A DNA stretch of 43,204 bases. Origin: a virus. The translations under genes were made by a program, and so were the position numbers. Below the pieces are notes generated by a model. That model was not told the origin of the DNA, did no database searches, and saw nothing but the letters and a program-made list of their open reading frames with translations. Shown one piece after another: positions 1 through 7,264 of the stretch. The stretch lies in the UHGV virus genome UHGV-0865506; one strand, given 5' to 3'. The first letter of the stretch is position 1. Every line of letters starts with the position of its first letter.

Positions 1-182
1 ATCCAGTGTGATGGCTTCCACGAAGCTCCGGGAATTAACCACCCATCATCGGCATCAGGGTGCCCCGGAATATAGGTAGCCCACTTCATACGCCAATCAC
101 CTTTATGTCCGAACTCCGTTGCTACAAGAACGCCCGTAATTTTAGGCGGCATCCGCTCGCTACACTTAATCCACTCGCCCAT
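1..182 (-). CDS. DUF551-like protein, 5' portion; ORF runs off the window start
   Basis: ATG at 182..180 preceded by GAGGTGA Shine-Dalgarno; translation MGEWIKCSERMPPKITGVLVATEFGHKGDW... stays open to position 1. If the genome is circular the frame continues into 43204..43174 (MPLPEPPSLV, stop). DUF551 assignment is from memory of the family pattern. Confidence 0.4.
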   Translation of the reverse strand, partial: MGEWIKCSERMPPKITGVLVATEFGHKGDWRMKWATYIPGHPDADDGWLIPGASWKPSHW

Positions 183-185
183 ATC

Positions 186-383
186 TCACCTCGGATTCGC
201 AACAGACAACACACCAGCCTTCCACGCCCGCCACGCGAGACGCGTCTTAACGTTCAGGTACTCTTTCTTTGAACCCTTGTTAACCGGCAGCCCCTCGACG
301 ACGGCCCACCGTTCGAATGCTTCTCTCATAACTAATAACTCCGATAACTTTAGATTTCTCGCGCCTGGTGCAACCATGCTCAA
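186..383 (-). CDS. hypothetical protein; true start may be the internal Met (MREAFERW...) near 329
   Basis: Track ORF; its stop lies inside the Shine-Dalgarno of the downstream DUF551-like ORF, suggesting translational coupling. Overlaps 280..567 in another frame, so one of the two may be spurious. Confidence 0.35.
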   Translation of the reverse strand: MSMVAPGARNLKLSELLVMREAFERWAVVEGLPVNKGSKKEYLNVKTRLAWRAWKAGVLSVANPR

Positions 384-567
384 TGTAGTAGCGCGCCTGC
401 TTTACGCTTTCACAACGGGTCAGAGTAACCCACCAGAACAACCCGACCCGCACCTGTACCGCGGGCGTAATGCGTTTCTCACCGAAGGCGGTAACCCACT
501 CCTCGCTAACTATGCGGTATTTACTTAACACGGCAACCTCCATCAGAGTCGTCGGCACGAGCATCAT
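280..567 (-). CDS. hypothetical protein
   Basis: Track ORF in the leftward operon; overlaps neighbouring ORFs at both ends, start uncertain. Confidence 0.3.
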   Translation of the reverse strand: MMLVPTTLMEVAVLSKYRIVSEEWVTAFGEKRITPAVQVRVGLFWWVTLTRCESVKQARYYIEHGCTRREKSKVIGVISYERSIRTVGRRRGAAG

Positions 568-730
568 GATTAGATGCCGTGCGTAGTGCTCGTAAAACTT
601 TCAGCAAATCTTCACATGCCCAGGAAGAAATAGTTGAACCCCCTAATAAAGTAACCTTGTAATTGTTAGTTATGAAATGCACTTTCTCCAGTCTATGATG
701 TTTCAGATCTTCAAATAATTCTTCCATCAC
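521..730 (-). CDS. hypothetical protein
   Basis: Track ORF; start overlaps stop of upstream gene by 4 nt. Confidence 0.45.
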   Translation of the reverse strand: MMEELFEDLKHHRLEKVHFITNNYKVTLLGGSTISSWACEDLLKVLRALRTASNHDARADDSDGGCRVK

Positions 731-909
731 TTCACCCCTTTGAATTTAAAATTGTTGCCGATGAGTTCCATATCCTGTGCGTATAAAACGGTGAGATACG
801 ATCCTGTTAAAGATGCAGCAAAATAATATCTATTTTCTTTGTGGGACGCGAATATAACCGAGAGTTCTTTGGTCTCTTTAATTTTAACCAACTGACCCTT
901 CTTAAACAT
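727..909 (-). CDS. hypothetical protein
   Basis: Track ORF 727..936 trimmed to the internal Met (MFKKGQLVKIKE...), which has a GGAG/GAGGG Shine-Dalgarno; the first ATG sits at the predicted transcription start. Confidence 0.5.
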   Translation of the reverse strand: MFKKGQLVKIKETKELSVIFASHKENRYYFAASLTGSYLTVLYAQDMELIGNNFKFKGVK

Positions 910-944
910 AACCCTCACTCCTCTGTCTCGTTCCAATAAGTGAA

Positions 945-972
945 TAGTATCCTATTATGTTGGGGTGCGCAA
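945..972 (-). promoter_or_regulatory. sigma70-like promoter, TTGCGC-N17-TACTAT, member of the TACTATTCA family
   Basis: Reverse complement reads TTGCGCACCCCAACATAATAGGATACTATTCA; near-identical motif at 23504, 32569 and 42842. Confidence 0.45.
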
Positions 973-1136
973 GAGAATAGTTACGTTGCCGTTGTGATTC
1001 TTTCGTTTCTTAAAAGAGTACGCAACGCAGTGGGTGGGCGTTAGCCCACCCCAGCGGAGTGAAGTACTCTCTACCTTGCTCACGGCAACTATAGAAACTT
1101 TTAATTATCAGTGACTTGGATATTTAGGCGGGATTA

Positions 1137-1290
1137 ACAATAGACTTTGACCCTTCCGAAAGCGTCAGCGGAACTACACTCAAGTGCCTAATGGCACGCG
1201 TTGCGTTCCCTGCCGCTCCGCGGTCGCTTGCGATATCTCACAAGCTCAGTGAAGCTTAGCATATTTTTAAGTAAAAGTCAATACTAGTAG
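1137..1290. repeat. conserved intergenic element, copy 1 (structured leader with embedded minus-strand promoter)
   Basis: About 150 bp, roughly 80% identical to 32359..32512, with compensatory changes in a hairpin (GTGCC-TAAT-GGCAC here, GGAC-TTAC-GTCC in copy 2). Confidence 0.6.
1253..1281 (-). promoter_or_regulatory. sigma70-like promoter TTGACT-N17-TAAGCT inside repeat copy 1
   Basis: Minus-strand hexamers with 17-nt spacer, conserved in both repeat copies. Confidence 0.4.
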
Positions 1291-1328
1291 CATCTTTTGC
1301 ATCTTAGTAACTTTGTGTGGTGTTTTGG

Positions 1329-1357
1329 TTGCTTTTACAAAGTTACCGCCTTATACT
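1329..1357 (+). promoter_or_regulatory. sigma70-like promoter TTGCTT-N17-TATACT for the rightward early operon
   Basis: Hexamers with 17-nt spacer about 30 nt upstream of the first rightward gene. Confidence 0.4.
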
Positions 1358-1386
1358 TCGATACATCTTACACAGGAGAGCGCGAA

Positions 1387-1557
1387 ATGACTATCAATGA
1401 AGTTGCAGAATTAATCGGCGTCACCCGCCAGACAATCAATAACTGGATTAAGAGTGGAAAGTTTCCTGATTGCAGCGTTAAAGTAATGGGCCGCCGGATG
1501 CCAGGAACATTTGACCGTAATAAAGTTGAAGCATGGATTAAGGAGAACGTGAAATGA
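1387..1557 (+). CDS. helix-turn-helix DNA-binding protein, AlpA/excisionase-like
   Basis: MTINEVAELIGVTRQTINNWIKSGKF is a typical HTH_17/AlpA motif; AGGAGA Shine-Dalgarno; start taken at the internal Met of track ORF 1297..1557. Confidence 0.6.
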   Translation: MTINEVAELIGVTRQTINNWIKSGKFPDCSVKVMGRRMPGTFDRNKVEAWIKENVK

Positions 1558-1844
1558 AAGGTGTAATTTTCCACGATAAAGAGAACGACAATGCTTATAT
1601 GGTTTATTTAGTGCAAGGTGAATACGCGTTGTGTTTCAACGTTTCCTGTAAACTGGACTCATATTTGCCGTTTTGCGTTACAGAAGAATTGCAGTTGATT
1701 AGTCTCCGAAGACTCAGCACAATGTCGGCTTCCATCGATGTCTCCGACCACCTATCCTACGTTTATCAGTATTTCGGTGATGAGATTGTCGCAGATTATT
1801 ATCGTAAGTACGCACATTTGATGGAATGTCTGGCTAAAAGATAA
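1554..1844 (+). CDS. hypothetical protein
   Basis: Track ORF, ATGA overlap with the upstream gene. Confidence 0.5.
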   Translation: MKGVIFHDKENDNAYMVYLVQGEYALCFNVSCKLDSYLPFCVTEELQLISLRRLSTMSASIDVSDHLSYVYQYFGDEIVADYYRKYAHLMECLAKR

Positions 1845-1902
1845 AAGAAAGCCCCGACGTTAGAGCGCCGAGGCCAAATTACTTGCTGAAGGAATATACA
1901 AC

Positions 1903-4170
1903 ATGTCCGATGTAATTTTATCCTACTCGTGGTCACGCCGCAACGCGCGAGCAGAGAAAAAGGATATAAACGTCAGAACCACACACACGGCAACACTGGA
2001 CGACCTGAAAGAGCTAATCAAGCCGCTCGATGCCGTTCGTGACGGGATTAACCCCAAGACTGCGGCCGGTTATATCACGGCCGCGTGCGATTCTACACAC
2101 AGCACCGTAAAAGACCCGGAAACCGGTGGCTTTAAACAAGCGCGTAAAGGCTTCTTCTATCGCTGTGACGCGTCTGTGAGCAAATCGTCGCTGGCGTATC
2201 TGGACTTCGACAGTGCAACACCGGAAGAGTACCAGGAAGCGGTGCGCCAGGTTAATCGCAGCCGCCGGGCGATGTGTCTCTACACCACGGCATCACATAC
2301 CGATGAGTCGCCGCGCTTTCGCGTCGTTATGCCGCTGGCCCGCCCGGTTGAGGGTGGTGATATCATCCGTGTTCGCCACGGATTGCTGGAACACTTCTTC
2401 AAAGGCATGGGTGCGGACCGCAGCGGGTTTACTCTGTCGCAGCCGATGTACCTACCACCGGTTGGCTCTCAGGTTATCTGGTCGCGCCGCAACGACCTGA
2501 TTGACCCGGACGAATTACTGGAAGGCGCCACCGCCGTTGACGTTAGCAGCGCATCGGATTACCAGATACCGGAAGAACTGCGCACAGCGTTTACAGACGC
2601 GTTCGAAGCGCTGGCGTTTGAGTACGGCGGCGTCATGACGCCGCGCGGCCTTAAGATGCCAGCTACACCGGAACACGCAGAGAACTACAGCGACCCTACG
2701 CCGCGCCCGGATGACTTCCTGCTGTGTTTCCCGCGTGAAGGGTACGAAGCGCCGAACGTAACCATGATTCACGACACCGACATTACGGCAACCGAAGGCA
2801 TGTCACCGAAAGAGGTGTGGAAATACGCGTGTGATGCGACCGGGCTGCCGTTCAGTGAAGTGGCTGAGGCTATAGGGTGGGGCGCGCGTGAATCTGTTTC
2901 ATGCAGCCTTGACGACCTGGAAGACGAGGATGACTCAGAGGAGGACGAGTTACCGGAACCGGTAAAGGCTGATTTCGTCGTTGAAGGGTACATGCCGTCG
3001 GATTGTATATGGGATATTGTCGGGGAATCAGGCACGTACAAATCGTTCTATACGCTGGGTATGATGTACCTTAGCGCGGCGGGATACCGGTTCGCAGGGG
3101 CTGATACCCAGCGTTGCCACCACTTCTATATCGACGGTGAGGGTGGTGCCGCTACGCGCACCCGTATCGACGCACTAGCGGCTAAATACGGCGTGGAAGG
3201 TAAAGATTATGTACACGTCATCGATATGGGTGAGGTCGGCAAACTGAAGAGCCTGATTAAGCTAATGCGCGAAACCGCGGGAGATGAACCTATTGGCATG
3301 GTCGCGTTCGACACACTAAACCAGACGCTGGCCCTGACGATTGATAAGTTCGACGAGAACAGTTCATCAACGGCAATCGGCATGGGTAAAGTTATCGCCA
3401 TCCTTAAAGAAGTGCGTGACGCGACTAAAGCCGCGGTAGGCGTTGTCCATCATACGCCGAAAGGCGGAAAGAAAGCCCGTGGCAGTGGGGCGCTGTATGC
3501 TGGTGTCGACGTGGAACTGACAATTGAACGCGCAACCGACCGCCAGATAAACGTATATCACTCTAAATTTAAGCACGGGCCTCAACAGAAGACGGTTGGC
3601 ATGGTGCTGGAGTCGGTACAGTTCCGTGAAGCACCGCCGCCGAAAGAGTACCGTGCGGTTGAGTTCATCGGTAGCACAGAGGAATACGGCACAATCGTAA
3701 ACCTCGACCTGCCTGAGCCGCACAAGGCGCTTGTGCTGATGCCGTGGGGCTTCGAGCCGTTCAAGACTGACGAGGAGAAAGAGCGGGAAGAAGGGCTGAC
3801 AAAGGAAGGTAAAGAAAACGTACGTAAAACCGTAGAGAACGCCGTCAACAGTTCGGAGGCCACGATACTGGCAGCGTTTGAGCTGGCAGAAGGAACCTAC
3901 AGCGGCAACGAAGGCATCACGGTAGCTGCAGCGAATAAGCTCGCGCAGTCTGACCCCAACGCGAAGGCGTTTAACTCCAAAGAAGCTATAGAACGCGGGA
4001 AGATTAAGAAAATGGTTGAGGCCGGGTATCTTGTTCCGGGTACTGACGAAAACAATCAGATAATCCCTGGTCGTTACAGGCTGAACACCCGAATAACTGA
4101 TAACAAGATTCCGAAGACAATATACGAACCGAATGAAATGTTGACAGTGACAGAGGAGGATTTGGAATGA
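1903..4170 (+). CDS. primase-polymerase (AEP-like) fused to a RecA-like helicase domain
   Basis: 755 aa. N-terminal LAYLDFDS (DxD) and TTASHTD (sxH) resemble archaeo-eukaryotic primase motifs; central GESGTYKS P-loop-like motif and VVHHTPKGG suggest an NTPase/helicase domain. Confidence 0.75.
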   Translation: MSDVILSYSWSRRNARAEKKDINVRTTHTATLDDLKELIKPLDAVRDGINPKTAAGYITAACDSTHSTVKDPETGGFKQARKGFFYRCDASVSKSSLAYLDFDSATPEEYQEAVRQVNRSRRAMCLYTTASHTDESPRFRVVMPLARPVEGGDIIRVRHGLLEHFFKGMGADRSGFTLSQPMYLPPVGSQVIWSRRNDLIDPDELLEGATAVDVSSASDYQIPEELRTAFTDAFEALAFEYGGVMTPRGLKMPATPEHAENYSDPTPRPDDFLLCFPREGYEAPNVTMIHDTDITATEGMSPKEVWKYACDATGLPFSEVAEAIGWGARESVSCSLDDLEDEDDSEEDELPEPVKADFVVEGYMPSDCIWDIVGESGTYKSFYTLGMMYLSAAGYRFAGADTQRCHHFYIDGEGGAATRTRIDALAAKYGVEGKDYVHVIDMGEVGKLKSLIKLMRETAGDEPIGMVAFDTLNQTLALTIDKFDENSSSTAIGMGKVIAILKEVRDATKAAVGVVHHTPKGGKKARGSGALYAGVDVELTIERATDRQINVYHSKFKHGPQQKTVGMVLESVQFREAPPPKEYRAVEFIGSTEEYGTIVNLDLPEPHKALVLMPWGFEPFKTDEEKEREEGLTKEGKENVRKTVENAVNSSEATILAAFELAEGTYSGNEGITVAAANKLAQSDPNAKAFNSKEAIERGKIKKMVEAGYLVPGTDENNQIIPGRYRLNTRITDNKIPKTIYEPNEMLTVTEEDLE

Positions 4171-4364
4171 GCGGTAAATTTAAAGAAGTAAGCGACGAAC
4201 TGAAAGGTAATAAATACACCAACCACAGAGGCGAAGTAGTAGAAGTTCTTAACGTAGTTCCTTATGGGCGCGGGTATCATGTTGTGTTCAGTTACACAGA
4301 GGCTTACAGCGTGTACTGCGGGTTAGGTAAGTTTCGCAAAAGATACCCGATAAAGGTGCAATAA
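4167..4364 (+). CDS. hypothetical protein
   Basis: Track ORF, ATGA overlap with the primase gene; preceded by the junction repeat ACAGAGGAGGATTTGGAATGAG. Confidence 0.5.
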   Translation: MSGKFKEVSDELKGNKYTNHRGEVVEVLNVVPYGRGYHVVFSYTEAYSVYCGLGKFRKRYPIKVQ

Positions 4365-4390
4365 AAAGAAAGGGGCGTTAAGCCCCTTCA
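4362..4390. terminator. rho-independent terminator, mainly minus-strand (bidirectional position)
   Basis: Hairpin AGGGGC-loop-GCCCCT with A-tract on the plus strand (T-tract on minus) just after the stop of the HTH gene 4378..4593. Confidence 0.55.
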
Positions 4391-4593
4391 CCGAACGCCA
4401 GCCACTTAGCATCTACTTGCAGCACTTCCGCCAGTTTAAACAGCGTTGCCGGGCGGACGTCCTGAGTTACCCCGAGCGCAAGCTGGTTAATCGCGCCCTG
4501 GGAAACCCCGGCCAGGACAGCCAGACGACGCTGGGAGATGCCGAGTTCTTTGCGGCGTTGTTCTACACGGATACCTAGTTCTGATGGTTGCAT
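4378..4593 (-). CDS. XRE-family (Cro/CI-type) helix-turn-helix transcriptional regulator
   Basis: ELGISQRRLAVLAGVSQGAINQLALG is a canonical HTH_XRE motif; divergent from the rightward promoter at 4658. Confidence 0.75.
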   Translation of the reverse strand: MQPSELGIRVEQRRKELGISQRRLAVLAGVSQGAINQLALGVTQDVRPATLFKLAEVLQVDAKWLAFGEGA

Positions 4594-4624
4594 GTCAGTT
4601 ACTCCTTAGTCAGTTGATACGTGA

Positions 4625-4653
4625 ATAGTACCATATTAATTATTTTAGAAAAG
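4625..4653 (-). promoter_or_regulatory. candidate promoter for the XRE regulator gene (TACTATTCA family, extended -10 TGGTACTAT, weak -35)
   Basis: Reverse complement contains TGGTACTATTCAC immediately upstream of the gene. Confidence 0.35.
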
Positions 4654-4657
4654 CCCA

Positions 4658-4687
4658 TTGACAACATGAATAGTTCGCTATTATAGT
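4658..4687 (+). promoter_or_regulatory. sigma70 promoter TTGACA-N18-TATAGT
   Basis: Consensus -35 and near-consensus -10; back-to-back with the regulator promoter. Confidence 0.55.
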
Positions 4688-4718
4688 TAACCAATACCAA
4701 ACGAGAGGAGAGAAACAA

Positions 4719-4922
4719 ATGTTAGAGAAATTTTTGAAATTACCTGAAAAACAGTTCGTTGCAGTATGGTTCATTGGTGGCAACCCATTTTCAATGACCT
4801 TCAACTGGGTTAATGGCGTTCTTAAGGCATACGACTTCACCGCAGATAAATTCGAAGCAGAGCACGGGATAACATCAGAATTTCTTTCTAAAGTAAACGC
4901 ACAGATTATTGAAACTAAATAA
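4719..4922 (+). CDS. hypothetical protein; N-terminus paralogous to 4938..5438
   Basis: Strong GAGAGGAGAG Shine-Dalgarno; begins MLEKFLKLPEKQFVA, matching MLEQFLKLLERFVVA of the next gene. Confidence 0.5.
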   Translation: MLEKFLKLPEKQFVAVWFIGGNPFSMTFNWVNGVLKAYDFTADKFEAEHGITSEFLSKVNAQIIETK

Positions 4923-4937
4923 ACAGGAGAACAAATA

Positions 4938-5438
4938 ATGTTAGAACAATTCTTAAAATTACTGGAACGTTTCGTAGTTGCGCATGAACTGATTGCTGCG
5001 AACAGTGCGAAACAAGTTGTTCAGGCTTCCGCACCGATGGAAGTAGAGACGGTAGTGTATACCAAAGAAGCGGTAGCCGAGTGCGCCGAAGAAGAAACAA
5101 AAGAAATCCCGGTTGAAGGCGAAGACGTCGTTGACACCAAACCGACAGAAGACGAGAAGCCTAAACGCAAGCCGCGTAAAGCTAAAGTAGAGGAACCAAC
5201 GCCAGAGCCGGAAGAAGTGAAAGAAGAGGTAGATTACCAGTCTCTTCGTGACCAGATTCAGGCTATCGATGATGCCATTAACGAAGGCCCGAGCGATGCC
5301 GCGTGCGATGATTCCGATGAACTGCTGGAAGAGTTCACCGGCAAGAAGATGAAGATTGCCGCGATTAAAGACGAAGACCTGGCCGAGTACCTGAAGCGTC
5401 TGACAGCAATCAAGAACAAGTATTTCGAAGAAGAATAA
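4938..5438 (+). CDS. acidic low-complexity protein
   Basis: AGGAGA Shine-Dalgarno; long Glu/Asp/Pro/Lys-rich region. Confidence 0.55.
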   Translation: MLEQFLKLLERFVVAHELIAANSAKQVVQASAPMEVETVVYTKEAVAECAEEETKEIPVEGEDVVDTKPTEDEKPKRKPRKAKVEEPTPEPEEVKEEVDYQSLRDQIQAIDDAINEGPSDAACDDSDELLEEFTGKKMKIAAIKDEDLAEYLKRLTAIKNKYFEEE

Positions 5439-5481
5439 CTATCTCGCGGCCTTCGGGTCGCTTTAACTGAGGGTCGGAATT

Positions 5482-5718
5482 ATGATTATTAAAGATATTA
5501 ACAACGATGAAGCCAGAGTTAGCCTTGAGGTTCGCAACACGATACAGGGAAAGCAGAAAAGAGTAACCCTAGATTTCGACCCTGCGGATGAGATGAACGG
5601 GCTTTCGTTCATGGAATATACTCCTGATATGGCGAGAGAACTTGCTAAAGCGCTTATTTCCGCAGCGGATGAGGCGGAGGCTATGCTGGACGAACTTGAC
5701 TTTGATAGTTTTGAATGA
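5482..5718 (+). CDS. hypothetical acidic protein
   Basis: Track ORF; preceded by the repeated initiation region TGAGGGTCGGAATTATG. Confidence 0.5.
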   Translation: MIIKDINNDEARVSLEVRNTIQGKQKRVTLDFDPADEMNGLSFMEYTPDMARELAKALISAADEAEAMLDELDFDSFE

Positions 5719-5729
5719 GGGTCGGAAAT

Positions 5730-6002
5730 ATGATTTATCAACTATACCGCGCCATCGACAGGCGGGATAACACCGAGGCGATATGGCTGTTGCGTGCGCC
5801 GTCCGGTGCACACCAGATGGAAGAGATGGCGTACTTAGGCAAAGTACCGCGGCCTAAAGATATAGGCCGTCACGTGTCGCAGATTAAGCGCACGACTTTC
5901 GCCAAACCTGACTTTTATGTCTTCGAGTCGATGTATGGATGGGCTATGCACCGCCAGCACCAGACACAACATTTAATTGACCAGTGGGAGAACAGGGTAT
6001 GA
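5730..6002 (+). CDS. hypothetical protein
   Basis: Track ORF 5715..6002 with start moved to the internal Met that follows the repeated TGAGGGTCGGAAATATG initiation region. Confidence 0.5.
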   Translation: MIYQLYRAIDRRDNTEAIWLLRAPSGAHQMEEMAYLGKVPRPKDIGRHVSQIKRTTFAKPDFYVFESMYGWAMHRQHQTQHLIDQWENRV

Positions 6003-7264
6003 TTTTAAAGGAACGCGGCGGCAATAACGACGTACACGCTTTACTGTCGCCGTCAGGCGCTAAGAAGTGGCTAAGTTGCGCCGCATCGCTGGCTTGTGAA
6101 AAAGATATTCCTAACACGTCGGGTAAATCCGCCGTTACGGGGACAGCGTGTCACACAATAGCTGAGGTACATCTAAACCAGTACATCAAAGGCACTGCGC
6201 TGCCGTTAGAGCGTGAAGTCGGTGCGTACGTGCTGGATGAGGGTAAAGGACAGATTAAGGCACTAATCAGTCCGATGAAAGGTGCGGTACTGATTACGGC
6301 TGACATGATTGAGCAGGTGCGCAAGTATACCGACTACTGTAAACCGATTATCGATGTAGCGACTTACGCCAAGCTGGAAATGCGTGTCAATCTTACTGAG
6401 GTATTGCATCCGGGATACATCCATAGCCCCGGTGGGAGGCAAGAAGAAATTCAAACCTTCGGAACCGCTGACCTTGTTGCCGTGCAGGAACTGGCCAACA
6501 CTGATGAGCACATGTTAATTATCGGCGACCTGAAAACCGGACGGCATCGTGTCGAAGCGAAAGAAAACAAGCAGCTTATGCTTTACGCTCTCGGTGTTTA
6601 TCGCCGACTCAAGAGACGTTATAACATAACAACCGTTCGTCTGGTCATCTTCCAGCCGTACGCGGGCGGTGCGTCGGAGTGGGACATCTCGGTTGAAGGT
6701 CTGGAACTGTTCGCTAAGTTCGCCCAGAAGCGCGCACTGTTAGCGCTTGATGCGTATTTCCGCGGTAAGAAGAACCTGAAAGCGTCGGACTTCAAGCCGT
6801 CGGTAGATGGTTGTCAGTGGTGTCGGTTCTCAGAACAGTGCGCAGCGCGTACAAAAACCGTTAACGCGGTACTGGCGGAAGAACTGGAGGACGACTTTGC
6901 TCTTGAAATGACACCTGAGCAACTCGTAGCTGAGTATGAGAAGTTGCCGTTGTTGCGCCAGCACATCGACAAGGTTGAGAAAGCTATGGCTGCCGCGCTG
7001 CATTCGGGTAAGAAAGTTCCGGGGTACAAGCTGGTTGAAGGTCGCCCGGGTAATCGTGCATGGAAAGACACTGATGCGGTATTCGAGAAGTACGGTACTA
7101 TGCTGCAAAAGGTAGTGCTCATGACGCCAACCGAAGCTGTTAAAGTTGTGCCGGAAGAAGAACTGAAAGACTTCATTACTCGTAAGCCAGGAGCGCCGTG
7201 CGTCACAACGGCAGATGACAAACGGCCTGAGTGGAATCAGGTAACAGAGGAGGATTTGGAATGA
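5999..7264 (+). CDS. PD-(D/E)XK nuclease, Cas4/RecB-like (DUF2800-type)
   Basis: N-terminal LSPSGAKKWLSC, central IIGDLKTG and C-terminal cysteine cluster CQWCRFSEQC are typical of Cas4-like nucleases; ATGA coupling to the upstream gene. Confidence 0.7.
   Translation: MILKERGGNNDVHALLSPSGAKKWLSCAASLACEKDIPNTSGKSAVTGTACHTIAEVHLNQYIKGTALPLEREVGAYVLDEGKGQIKALISPMKGAVLITADMIEQVRKYTDYCKPIIDVATYAKLEMRVNLTEVLHPGYIHSPGGRQEEIQTFGTADLVAVQELANTDEHMLIIGDLKTGRHRVEAKENKQLMLYALGVYRRLKRRYNITTVRLVIFQPYAGGASEWDISVEGLELFAKFAQKRALLALDAYFRGKKNLKASDFKPSVDGCQWCRFSEQCAARTKTVNAVLAEELEDDFALEMTPEQLVAEYEKLPLLRQHIDKVEKAMAAALHSGKKVPGYKLVEGRPGNRAWKDTDAVFEKYGTMLQKVVLMTPTEAVKVVPEEELKDFITRKPGAPCVTTADDKRPEWNQVTEEDLE

Noticed and set aside
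60-272. 70-aa plus-strand ORF at the window start
   Set aside because: Overlaps the better-supported minus-strand ORFs with Shine-Dalgarno and coupling signals; Pro/Arg-rich composition typical of an off-frame read.
1031-1051. Hairpin GGGTGGGC-GTTA-GCCCACCC as a terminator
   Set aside because: No adjacent T-run; more likely part of the structured leader or a protein-binding site.
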